A stretch of DNA of 64,000 nucleotides, from positions 34,648 through 98,647 of the forward strand of contig CAWCQX010000008.1 in the NCBI GenBank assembly GCA_963797855.1, in the 5' to 3' direction. Source of the stretch: an uncultured Chloroflexia bacterium (GTDB taxonomy: Bacteria; Chloroflexota; Limnocylindria; QHBO01). Under the pieces are notes generated by a model. The model saw only the letters and a list, made by a program, of their open reading frames with translations. It was not told where the DNA came from and did no database searches. Position 1 is the stretch's first letter; each line of letters opens with the position of its first letter. A program made the translations under genes and the position numbers. Shown here piece by piece: positions 51,942 to 61,019 of the stretch.

Positions 51942-51977
51942 GCATCTCCCCGCAGGCAACCGATTCGAAGTACGCGC

Positions 51978-52971
51978 ATGACCACGCAGACGCGCGACGC
52001 CGCTGACGCCCCTCGCCGGCGGACCGTCGCCTTCGTCTTTCCCGGACAGGGCTCCCAGTACGTGGGGATGGGAGCCGACCTCGTGAAGCGCTCACCCGCC
52101 GCCGCGGACGCCTATCGGCGCGCCGACGAGGCGCTGGGCATCCCGCTGTCCAAGATGATCCTCGAGGGTCCGGCCGAGGAGCTGGACCTGACCGTCAACG
52201 CCCAACCCGCCATCCTCGCCACGAGCTACGCCTTCCTGGAGGCGATGCGCGAGGAGGCGCTGGAGGCCGGCATCGAGATCGCGCCGAAGGCGCTCGCCGG
52301 CCACTCGGCCGGCCAGTACGCCGCCGCCGTCGCCGCCAACGCGATCGACTACGCCGATGCCCTCCGCCTCGTCCGCGAGCGCGGGCGGATCATGCAGGAG
52401 CGCGGGATCGAGGGCGGCATGGGAGCCGTCATCGGACTCTCGGACGAGCAGGTCGAGGAGGTCCTCGACGCCGCCAGCGAGCACGGCGAGATCGCGGTCG
52501 CCAACCAGAACGCGCCGGGCCAGATCGTCCTCTCGGGCGTCATCCCCGCCCTCGTGTTCGCCCTCGAGATGAGCAAGACCGTCGGGGCCCGCAAGGCGGT
52601 GCGCCTGACCGTGAGCGTCGCGAGCCACTCGCCGCTCATGCGCCGCGCGCACGACGAGTTCGGCCGCATCCTCGCTCGCGTCCCCTTCCGCGATCCGCAG
52701 GTCCCGATGCTCGGCAACGTCCACGCCACCGTCATCAACACGGCGGACGGGCTGCGCAGCGAGCTCACCGAGCATCTCGTCCACGGGGTCCAGTGGACCG
52801 CCAGCGTGCGCCGCATGGCCGCCGGCGGCGTCACCGACTTCGTCGAGGTCGGGCCCGGGCCGCGTCCTCTCCGGCCTGATCCGCCGCATCAACCCCGAGG
52901 TCGTGACCCACGCGGTCGACCTGCCCGATCCGCGCGCCTGGCTGAACGCGTTCCGCGAGACGCCGGCGTGA
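51978..52971 (+). CDS. fabD: malonyl CoA-ACP transacylase, 1 frame break (~52860)
   Basis: MTTQTRDAADAPRRRTVAFVFPGQGSQYVGMG...NAQPAILATS...LAGHSAGQYAA...VASHSPLM...FVEVGPG | VLSGLIRRINPEVVTHAVDL...*. The TGA overlaps the fabF GTG (GTGA). Confidence 0.85.
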
Positions 52972-54248
52972 CCGACCGCCGCGCGGTGGTGACCGGCCTG
53001 GGCGTGGTCTCGCCGGTCGGGATCGGTGCCGAGGCGACGTGGGACAGCCTGGTGGCCGGCCGTTCGGGAATCGACCGCATCACGCTCTTCGACACGACAC
53101 CGTTCGACGTCGACGTCGCCGGCGAGGTGAAGGGCTTCGAGGCGACCGACTACATGGATCCGAAGGACGCTCGTCGCCACGACCGCAGCACGCACCTCGC
53201 CGTTGCGGCCACGGGCGAGGCCCTGCGCGACGCCGGGCTGCTCGGCGACGACGGGCACGTCACCGGCGACGTGGATGCGGACCGCTTCGGGATGGTCTTC
53301 GGGACCGGGATCGGCGGCATCGGCCTGCTGCTCGACGGCCACAAGACCCTCCTCGAGCGCGGCCCGCGTCGGGTCAGCCCGTTCATGCTGCCGCACATGC
53401 TCCCCGACTCGCCGTCGGGCCAGGTCGCGATCGAGTTCGGCATCCGCGGGCCGAACACCGCGGTCGTCAGCGCCTGCGCCACCGGCGGCCACGCCGTCGG
53501 CGAGGCGATGGAGACGATCGTGCGCGGCGACGCGGACATCATGCTCGGCGCGGGCACGGAGGCGCCCCTCCTGCCGCTCGCCTTCGCCGGCTTCGGCCAG
53601 ATGCGGGCGCTGGGCACGCCGCGCGACCCCGACACCGGCGAGTACAACGCGGCCATCGCCTCGCGCCCGTTCGACGCCACACGCAATGGCTTCGTCGTCT
53701 CCGAGGGGTCGGCGGTCCTCGTCCTGGAGGAGCTGCAGCACGCGCTCGCGCGCGGCGCGCGGCCGATCGCCGAGGTCATCGGCTACGGGTCGGCGGCGGA
53801 TGCCTTCGACATGGCGGCGCCGGCGGAGCGCGGCGAGGGCAACCAGCGCGCGATGCGCGCGGCCCTGAAGCGCGCCGGCATCGGGCCGGACGACGTCGAC
53901 TACATCAACGCGCACGGCACGAGCACGCCGCTGAACGACCGATACGAGACGATGGCCATCCGCGACGTCTTCGGCGAGCACGCCGACCGCCTCGCGGTCT
54001 CCAGCACGAAGTCGATGACCGGCCATGCCATGGGGGCCGCCGGCGCGATCGAGGCCTTCGTCTGCGTGAAGGTCATCGCGACCGGCTGCATCCCGCCCAC
54101 GATCAACTACCGCCATCCCGACCCGGAGCTGACGCTGGACTACGTGCCGAACGAGGCGCGCGCCTCCGACGCGCGCGTCACGCTCTCGAACTCGATGGGG
54201 CTCGGCGGGCACAACAGCACGGTCATCTTCCGCCGCTGGGATGAGTAG
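52968..54248 (+). CDS. fabF: beta-ketoacyl-ACP synthase II (copy 1)
   Basis: Intact 426 aa: RRAVVTGLGVVSPVG, active-site VVSACATGGHAV, INAHGTSTPLND, SMTGHAMGAAG, SNSMGLGGHNSTVIF. Confidence 0.9.
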   Translation: MTDRRAVVTGLGVVSPVGIGAEATWDSLVAGRSGIDRITLFDTTPFDVDVAGEVKGFEATDYMDPKDARRHDRSTHLAVAATGEALRDAGLLGDDGHVTGDVDADRFGMVFGTGIGGIGLLLDGHKTLLERGPRRVSPFMLPHMLPDSPSGQVAIEFGIRGPNTAVVSACATGGHAVGEAMETIVRGDADIMLGAGTEAPLLPLAFAGFGQMRALGTPRDPDTGEYNAAIASRPFDATRNGFVVSEGSAVLVLEELQHALARGARPIAEVIGYGSAADAFDMAAPAERGEGNQRAMRAALKRAGIGPDDVDYINAHGTSTPLNDRYETMAIRDVFGEHADRLAVSSTKSMTGHAMGAAGAIEAFVCVKVIATGCIPPTINYRHPDPELTLDYVPNEARASDARVTLSNSMGLGGHNSTVIFRRWDE

Positions 54249-54284
54249 TCGGGCGAGCTCGGTCGACAGGCGACCCCGGACCTG

Positions 54285-55548
54285 ATGCGACCCCCACCGC
54301 CGCGCGACCCGGCTCGCCGCGCGGTCGTCACCGGCCTCGGCGCGATCACGCCGGTCGGCAACGACGTCGCGACGTTCTGGCGCAATCTCACCGACGGCGT
54401 CAGTGGCGTCGCGCCGATCACCCTGTTCGACGCGAGCGACTACGAGGTCCGCATCGCCGCCGAGGTCAAGGACTTCGAGCCGCGCGACTGGATGGACTTC
54501 AAGCAGGCGCGCCGGATGAGCCGATTCAGCCAGCTGGCCGTCGCCGCGGCCCGCCAGGCGATCGACGATGCCGGCCTGGAGATCGGCGCGCACAACCGGG
54601 ACGACGTCGCCGTCGTCATGAACACCGGCGGCGGCGGCCTCCAGGAGGTCGCCGGCGGCGAGGTCACGCTCATGACGAAGGGGCCCGACCGCGTCAGCCC
54701 CTTCATGGTGCCGATGATGTCGCCGTCGATGGCGGCCTGCCAGATCAGCATCCAGAACGGGATCACCGGCCCGGTCATCACCTCGGTGGCCGCGTGCGCC
54801 GCCGGGGTGCAGGCCTTCGTCGAGGCCCAGCGGCTCATCGAGCACGGCGACGTGGACGTCGTCGTCGCCGGGGGCACCGAGTCCGCCATCCTGCCGGTCG
54901 CCTTCGCCGCGCTCGGCAACATGGGCGCGCTGTCGAAGCGCAACGACGATCCCGCGGCGGCCTCGCGCCCATTCGACGCGAACCGCGACGGGTTCGTCTT
55001 CGGCGAGGCGGCCGGGGTCCTCGTCGTCGAGTCGGCCGAGCACGCCGAGGCGCCGTGGCGCGCCGATCCTCGCCGAGATCGCCGGCGGCGCGCTGACGGC
55101 GGATGCCTTCCACATCTCCGCGCCGGAGCCGTCAGGGCAGGGCGCGACGCGCGCGATGCAGCGCGCCGTGCGCGACGCGCACCTCGAGCCGGAGCAGGTC
55201 CAGGCGATCATGGCCCACGGCACGTCCACCCCGCTCAACGACGCGACGGAGACGCGCGCGATCCGCGCCGCCTTCGGCGACCACGCCGACCGGCTGGCGG
55301 TGACGAGCAACAAGAGCATGGTCGGCCACACGCTGGGTGCGGCCGGCGCGGTCTCTGCCCTCGCCGCGGTCCTCGCCATTCGCGACGGCGTCCTCCCGCC
55401 GACGATCAACCAGGAGGCGCCGGACCCCGACTGCGACCTCGACTACGTGCCGAACGTCGCCCGGCGCGGCGACCTCGACATGATCCTCGTCAACGGGTTC
55501 GGATTCGGCGGCCAGAACGCGGTCGCGGCCTTCACCCGCCTGGCCTGA
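54285..55548 (+). CDS. fabF: beta-ketoacyl-ACP synthase II (copy 2), 1-2 frame breaks (~55050-55150)
   Basis: RRAVVTGLGAITPVG...ITSVAACAAGVQAF...FGEAAGVLVVESAEHAEA | RGAPILAEIAGGALTADAFHISAP... | MQRAV...MAHGTSTPLND...SMVGHTLGAAG...VNGFGFGGQNAVAAF. Confidence 0.85.
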
Positions 55549-55631
55549 GGACTCCCCGGCCGTCGTACGGGTCGGGACCGGACCTTCGGCACGCTCACCG
55601 ATGGCGCGCTGCGGCGCCTACGCTCAGCCAC

Positions 55632-56105
55632 ATGACCGAGGTGATGGGCCTGCGGCTGGCCTACCGTGGCTTCGTGACCGGCCTCGCCGGCGCCTACGTG
55701 TGGGCGGCGATCGCGATGCTGCTCGGCGCCGCGATCCACGGCGATCCGCTGCATCCGCTGCGCCCGCTGGCGATCGCCATCTCACCGGTGGCCGATTCGC
55801 CCGAGCTCGCGTTCGTCCTCGGCCTCATCGCGATCCAGGCCGGGGGCGCGCTCGTCGGCATGTGCTTCGCCTACTTCTTCGCCCGATTCTTCACCGTGCG
55901 CGCCACGCTCTCGGTGGCGGCACCGGTCGTCGCGCTGCTGGCGTGGGCGCTGATCGCCGCCGGCCTGGCCCGCGGCCTCGGCGTGCCGATGGGCACCCTG
56001 GAAGTCGCGCCGATCCTCGCGACGATCGGATACGGCGTCCTGCTCGGCGCCGGCGTTCCGGTCCGCGGCGAGGTGACCTACCCGTCGGGGTCGCCCTCGA
56101 CGTAG
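55632..56105 (+). CDS. hypothetical membrane protein
   Basis: MTEVMGLRLAYRGFVTGLAGAYVWAAIAMLLGAAI... with four hydrophobic segments. C-terminal 157 aa of ORF 54285..56105. Confidence 0.5.
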   Translation: MTEVMGLRLAYRGFVTGLAGAYVWAAIAMLLGAAIHGDPLHPLRPLAIAISPVADSPELAFVLGLIAIQAGGALVGMCFAYFFARFFTVRATLSVAAPVVALLAWALIAAGLARGLGVPMGTLEVAPILATIGYGVLLGAGVPVRGEVTYPSGSPST

Positions 56106-56709
56106 AGCTCCGGCTCGAACGCCGACGCGCGGCCGGGCAGCCCGGCGAGCCAGTCCCGCAGCGCGCTCTCGGTGGTGCTGAACGCCAGCTCGTCCCACGG
56201 GAATCTCGTCCGGGCCGAAGGCCCGCACCTCGCTCGTCTCGGCCGCGGCTCCGGCGCGCCCGCCGACGACCGCGGCTTCGAAGACGATCGTGACGACCCC
56301 GGCGTGCGGCCGCGAGTAGACCCCGATCAGCCGGCCGACCTCGACGCGCAGCTCGGTCTCCTCCTCGGTCTCGCGGCGGGCGCCCTCCTGGGCCGCCTCG
56401 CCGAGCTCGAGGAACCCGCCCGGATAGCTCCACCGTCCGCGGCGCCGGCTCGATGTCGCGCCGCGCGAGGTACACCCGCCCGCCGTCCACCGGCAGCGTG
56501 CCGACCACGACGCGCGGGTTGCGCCAGGTGACGTGCCCTTCGGCGCAGACCAGGCGCGGCCGGTGATCCGCCTCGAGGACGCGCGGCTCGACGGGCCGCC
56601 CACAGGCCGGGCAGAAGCGCGGCTCCTCGCCGAGGGTCAGCGGGATAGGCGTCGGCGGGCTCGGGCGACGGCATCGGCGCCATGGTAGTCCGGGGCGCCG
56701 ATCCGCCAT
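56079..56709 (-). CDS. NUDIX hydrolase with N-terminal zinc ribbon (NudC-like architecture), at least 2 frame breaks, start uncertain
   Basis: [61 protein letters not shown] | [28 protein letters not shown] (Nudix box) [12 protein letters not shown]... | [19 protein letters not shown]...YVEGDPDG*. Overlaps the convergent gene by 27 nt. Confidence 0.7.
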
Positions 56710-56725
56710 CTGAAGGCCGCGTCGG

Positions 56726-56731
56726 TAGAAT
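56726..56731 (+). promoter_or_regulatory. -10 box TAGAAT, 10 nt before the cysS ATG
   Basis: gtcggTAGAATcgcggtaccgATG. Confidence 0.4.
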
Positions 56732-56741
56732 CGCGGTACCG

Positions 56742-58163
56742 ATGGCCACCCTCCCGCCGATCCGCCTGCACAACACGCTCACGCGACGCACCGAGCCGCT
56801 CGTGCCGCTCGAGCCGGGCCGCGTCGGCATCTACACCTGCGGCAGCACCGTCTACAAGTACGCCCACATCGGCAACCTGCGGACGTACCTCTTCGGCGAC
56901 CTCCTGCACCGGACGCTCGAGTACCTCGGCTACGAGGTGCGCTACGTGAAGAACATCACCGATGTCGGCCACATGCGCGACGACCAGCTCGACGCGATCG
57001 ACGGCGAGGACAAGATCGAGCGGGCCGCCGAGACCGAGGGCAAGTCGCCGATGGAGATCGCCGACTTCTACACCGAGGCCTGGCTCGAGGACGAGGCGCT
57101 CCTGAACATCCTGCCGCGCCGACGTCATGCCGAAGGCGACCGAGCACATCGGCGAGATGGTGTCGCTCACGGAGCGGCTGCTCGAGAACGGCCTCGCCTA
57201 CGAGGTCGACGGCACGATCTACTACGACGTCAGCGAGTTCCCCGTCCTACGGCCAGCTCTCCGGGCAGAAGGTCGAGGAGACGCACGCCGGCCATCGCGT
57301 CGAGGTCGAGTCCGACAAGCGCGACCCGGCCGACTTCGCGCTCTGGAAGCGCGCGGGCGAGCGGCGGCTGATGAAGTGGCCGTCACCGTGGGGCGACGGC
57401 TTCCCCGGATGGCACATCGAGTGCTCGGCGATGAGCCTGAAGCACCTCGGCGAGCGCTTCGACGTCCACACCGGCGGGATCGACCTGAAGTTCCCGCATC
57501 ACGAGGACGAGATCGCGCAGTCGGAGGGCGCGCTCGGCCATCCGGTCGTCAGCGTCTGGATGCACGGCGAGTTCCTGACGATGGACGACGCGAAGATGGC
57601 GAAGAGCACCGGAAACATCATCCGCGTCGCGGAGCTGCCCGACCTCGGCTACGAGCCGCTCGCCTTCCGCTACCTGGCGCTGACCGCCCACTACCGGTCG
57701 AAGCTCGACTTCACCGAGGACGCGATGCACGCCGCCGACCTCGGGCCTCGCGCGGCTTCGCCGTGCCGCCGCCGGGCCGGACGAGCCGGTCGACCTGTCG
57801 ACGGAGCCGATGGCCGGCTACCGCGCGCGCTTCACCGATGCGGTCGCCGACGACCTCGGCCACGCCGAGGGCGCTGGCGATCGCTCACGAGGTCGCCGCG
57901 GACGCCTCCCTGACCGATGCGCAGCGACGCGCCCTGCTGCTCGACTTCGACCGCGTGCTCGGGCCTCTCGCTCGAGCGACCCGCGGAGGTCGAGGCGCCG
58001 CTTCCCGAGGGGGCCGACGAGCTGCTGGAGCGTCGCGCCGCCGCGCAGGGCCGCCCGCGACTTCGCCGCCTCCGACGCGCTTCGCGACGAGCTCGCCGCC
58101 CTCGGCGTCGAGGTGCGCGACACGCCTGACGGCCAGGAGACGACGGTCCGCGCCCGGACGTAG
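56742..58163 (+). CDS. cysS: cysteine--tRNA ligase, about 6 frame breaks
   Basis: [55 protein letters not shown]... | [28 protein letters not shown] | ...[11 protein letters not shown]... | [20 protein letters not shown]...[20 protein letters not shown]...[10 protein letters not shown]...[19 protein letters not shown] | ... | ...[29 protein letters not shown]. Confidence 0.9.
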
Positions 58164-58239
58164 ACGAGGGCGCGTGGCGCCGACGCCACTCGGCGGCGGC
58201 CGGCTGCGGAGGGATCCCGAGGGCTGGACTGGCTTCGCT

Positions 58240-58303
58240 CTCCGGCTCGATCGGGATGGGGCCTCAGCGGCGGGTGCCGGCTCGCCTCCGGCTCGATCGG
58301 GAT
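58240..58303. repeat. 18-bp direct repeat CTCCGGCTCGATCGGGAT x2, 46 bp apart
   Basis: Copies at 58240..58257 and 58286..58303, the second followed by a partial GATCGG tandem. The offset is not a multiple of 3. Lies in the cysS/LuxR convergent spacer and LuxR tail. Confidence 0.8.
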
Positions 58304-58546
58304 CGGGATCCAGCCGTTGCCGATCGCGAGGACGACGGCGTGCGTCCGATCCGATGTCGAGAGCTTGTGCGAGATCGTCCGGAGGTGGTTGCGGACCGTC
58401 TTCTCGCTGATCCCGAGGATCTCCCCGATCTGGCGGTTCGTGCGACCACGAGCCACATTCCTGAGGATCTCGAGCTGCCGGTCAGTTACGGGACGGGACG
58501 ACGTGGCGGCACCTCCAATTCGCGTATAAGACAAGCGCCGGCGCAT
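58264..58546 (-). CDS. LuxR-type helix-turn-helix regulator (stand-alone HTH), C-terminal frame/stop uncertain
   Basis: MRRRLSYTRIGGAATSSRPVTDRQLEILRNVARGRTNRQIGEILGISEKTVRNHLRTISHKLSTSDRTHAVVLAIGNGWI. In the track frame no stop follows until 57818; a stop at 58266..58264 needs one frame change inside the repeat region. Confidence 0.55.
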
Positions 58547-58768
58547 GCCCGCACGGTGGGTCGAGATCGGGGATCGGGCACGCCTCGGCGATTGGAGCGC
58601 GAGGTAACCGGTCGAGTATGACAACTGGGCCCGGCGCGCGCCATGGGGATATCCACGAATCCGGCGGCAATGGCCGATTGGTGGAGAACTTGCGAGAGGG
58701 GTGCGGTGGCCGCATCCTTGCGCACCTGGAGGTGGACGATGCCTGGACGTCGCGCGGAGAGCTGAGTC

Positions 58769-59065
58769 GTGGAGCTGTTCATCGGCATCGCCGTGGGGGC
58801 CATCGTCCCCGCTCTCGTCTATCTGGCGTTCCGCCGCTCGCTGCGCCAGGACGCGCAAGACTCGAGCGAGCCGATGATGCGCGCCGAGCAGCTGCGGAAC
58901 ACGTTCATCCCTGGAGCATCCGCTGCCGCACGACCAAAGCCCGAGGCCGACGACCTTCGATGTCCGACGTGTCTCCACCCTGTGGAGCGGTCAGGGACCT
59001 ACTGTCGAACCTGCGGCGCATCGCTTCCGCGAGAGCCATTCCCTCGCCCCAGTCGGAGCGGCTGA
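58769..59065 (+). CDS. small membrane-anchored zinc-ribbon protein
   Basis: (V)ELFIGIAVGAIVPALVYLAFRRSLRQ (N-terminal TM) ... DDLRCPTCLHPVERSGTYCRTCGASLP. Intact 98 aa ORF. Confidence 0.5.
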   Translation: MELFIGIAVGAIVPALVYLAFRRSLRQDAQDSSEPMMRAEQLRNTFIPGASAAARPKPEADDLRCPTCLHPVERSGTYCRTCGASLPREPFPRPSRSG

Positions 59066-59130
59066 GACCAGATCCCCGGCGTCTCGCGCGCTGCGGCGGG
59101 TCTGGGCGCTGGCTCCTCTGATAGCATCGT

Positions 59131-59162
59131 CCCGAGGCGGAACATGCCGTCCCCGCCTCGGG
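59131..59162 (+). terminator. perfect 10-bp stem hairpin downstream of the zinc-ribbon gene
   Basis: CCCGAGGCGG-aacatgccgtcc-CCGCCTCGGG; no T-run follows. Confidence 0.35.
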
Positions 59163-59409
59163 AAGAAGTCTTCGCGTGCCCGAATCGAGGCCAATCAGTT
59201 CCCGCGGAACCTCCCCAGGGGATAGCCCCTCTGCTGGACCGGTGGGGTCCGCTTGGGCCATTACGCACGCCTCGGTGCTTTCGGTACTTACGCCCCATGG
59301 TCCCGTCCCTCCCTTCCTCACAGACTTGGGCCCCGCGACTGCGTTGTCCGACGCGCGGCCCGACACGGGTCTCGCTCACCCCTCCGCCAATGGGACGAGG
59401 AGGCCGCCT

Positions 59410-60693
59410 GTGTTCTGGGACGGGACCCGCTGGATCGACCGACGCCGCCCGCCGCGGCCTTCGCCGGCGCTTACGCGGCGCGGCCCGCACGATTGGATCG
59501 CGACCGGGCTCATCCTCCTGATGCTCGTCGTGCTCGTCGTCCCGTCGATCTCCGCGGAGGCCCGGTCCACGTCACTGAGCGTGAGCCCCGGCAAGGGCGC
59601 GATCGGCGCGAACGTCCTGGCGACGGTCGCGGGCCTTCCGCAGCGCGCCCAGGTCGCCCTCTACTGGGATCGCTCGACGACCCCGATCGCGACGGCAGTG
59701 ACCCAGTCGGGCGGGCATGCGGAGCTCACGTTCGCGATTCCCGCGACTTCTCCCGGCCCGCATGCCATCCGCGCGGTCGCGACCACCGTGCGAACGCGGA
59801 GCGTCAGTGTCCCGCGGCCCGTGGCCGAGACGAGCTTCACCGTGACCACCCTCGCGGCCGCGGCACCGCCGCCGAGCGTCGGAGCGACGCCGCAGCCCAC
59901 GGCCGAGCCGACGCCCTCACCAACGCCACGCCCCAAGGCGACACCCGCGCCGACCCCGGTACCGACGCCAGTGCCGACGACTGCCCCGACTGCGGCGCCG
60001 ACACCCGCCCCGATCCCTTCCAGTGGCCGACCAGCGATGCCGGCGGGGGCCATCTGGGCGGATTCCTTTGACGGCGGTGCCCTGAATGCATCCCGGTGGG
60101 GCTGGGACATGGCGATGGTGGGCACATCGGACAACATGAACCGTTACGCCATGTTCTCGACCAATCCGAACCTCCTCGAAGTGAGCAACGGAACGCTCAA
60201 GCTCAAGGCGCTTCGCCAAGCCGATGGCACATGGCTGCAGTCGTACATCTCGTCGCGAGGGCGATACATGCAGCAGTACGGGATCTTCCGCGCTTCCATG
60301 AGGATTCCCGCCGGCCACGCCCTGTGGCCCGCGTTCTGGATGCTCGACCCGACGCGCTTCGACGAGATGGACGTCATCGAGGCGTACCCCGAACCTGGCA
60401 ATCCCGGCTACACGTTTTGCATGCTCAACACAGCCGCCAGACCGTGCGCTGGGATGAGTCTGCCGGCCGATTTCGCTTCGTCCTTCCACGTCTACGAGAT
60501 GGAGTGGCGACCTGGCGTCGCGATCGCGCGCCTCGACGGCATCGAGGTGGCGCGCCATGCGATCCCCGAGATGCGCGCGCAGTTCCTGCTGCTCCAAATG
60601 GCCGTCGGAGTCTGGTTCAAGAACGTCGCGCCGGACAGTACAACACCGACCAACCCAGCTCTCGAGGTCGACTGGGTCGCCACCTGGCCATAA
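59410..60693 (+). CDS. membrane-anchored glycoside hydrolase family 16 (beta-glucanase-like) with Ig-like domain and Pro/Thr linker
   Basis: GGAGG SD then GTG 59410: VFWDGTRWIDRRRPP...WIATGLILLMLVVLVVPSISA; PT linker PTAEPTPSPTPRPKATPAPTPVPTPVPTTAPTAAPTPAP; GH16 core with catalytic EMDVIE (ExDxxE), WPAFWML, YEMEW. The upstream 78 codons of track ORF 59176 look non-coding. Confidence 0.8.
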   Translation: MFWDGTRWIDRRRPPRPSPALTRRGPHDWIATGLILLMLVVLVVPSISAEARSTSLSVSPGKGAIGANVLATVAGLPQRAQVALYWDRSTTPIATAVTQSGGHAELTFAIPATSPGPHAIRAVATTVRTRSVSVPRPVAETSFTVTTLAAAAPPPSVGATPQPTAEPTPSPTPRPKATPAPTPVPTPVPTTAPTAAPTPAPIPSSGRPAMPAGAIWADSFDGGALNASRWGWDMAMVGTSDNMNRYAMFSTNPNLLEVSNGTLKLKALRQADGTWLQSYISSRGRYMQQYGIFRASMRIPAGHALWPAFWMLDPTRFDEMDVIEAYPEPGNPGYTFCMLNTAARPCAGMSLPADFASSFHVYEMEWRPGVAIARLDGIEVARHAIPEMRAQFLLLQMAVGVWFKNVAPDSTTPTNPALEVDWVATWP

Positions 60694-61019
60694 CCCGATG
60701 ACGATAGGTCCCCGGCTCGGCGCCGGGCCGGCCGCGACAGACAGGCAAAACGGCACCGGACAACCCAGCGTCTACCATGCCGTGCGTGTCGACGAAGCAA
60801 GCCCACCGATCGCGCGCAGCGCGACTCCGTGATCGATGCCGCACGTGCGGCCGACGGCTTGTTTCGTCCATCCCTGATGGTCCGCGCGGTGGGCGGACTT
60901 GCTCAGCCGGACACTGGCAGCAACCACGCCGAGGATCATCGTCGTTGCCTGCTCCTCTCCGACCGGTGCCAGCACGGCCGCGTCATGCATTCCTCGGCTG
61001 GGCACCGCCGATCGCGTTG

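Noticed and set aside
52092-55409. 1105-aa minus-strand ORF
   Set aside because: It lies antisense to fabD and both intact KAS II genes, whose catalytic motifs are unambiguous. Its translation is Arg/Gly/Asp/Ala-rich with no domains.
59176-59409. N-terminal 78 codons of track ORF 59176..60693
   Set aside because: The translation is Pro/Ser/Gly-rich and non-hydrophobic. A GGAGG site followed by GTG 59410 sits directly before the TM anchor of the GH16 protein, so the upstream part is treated as 5' UTR.
60772-61005. 77-aa minus-strand ORF with an HTH-like stretch (GWTKQAVGRTCGIDHGVALRAI), possibly a transposase or regulator remnant
   Set aside because: No catalytic or DNA-binding domain can be completed in any frame, there are no inverted repeats, and it overlaps the likely 5' region of the GT-C-like gene. 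The evidence is insufficient.
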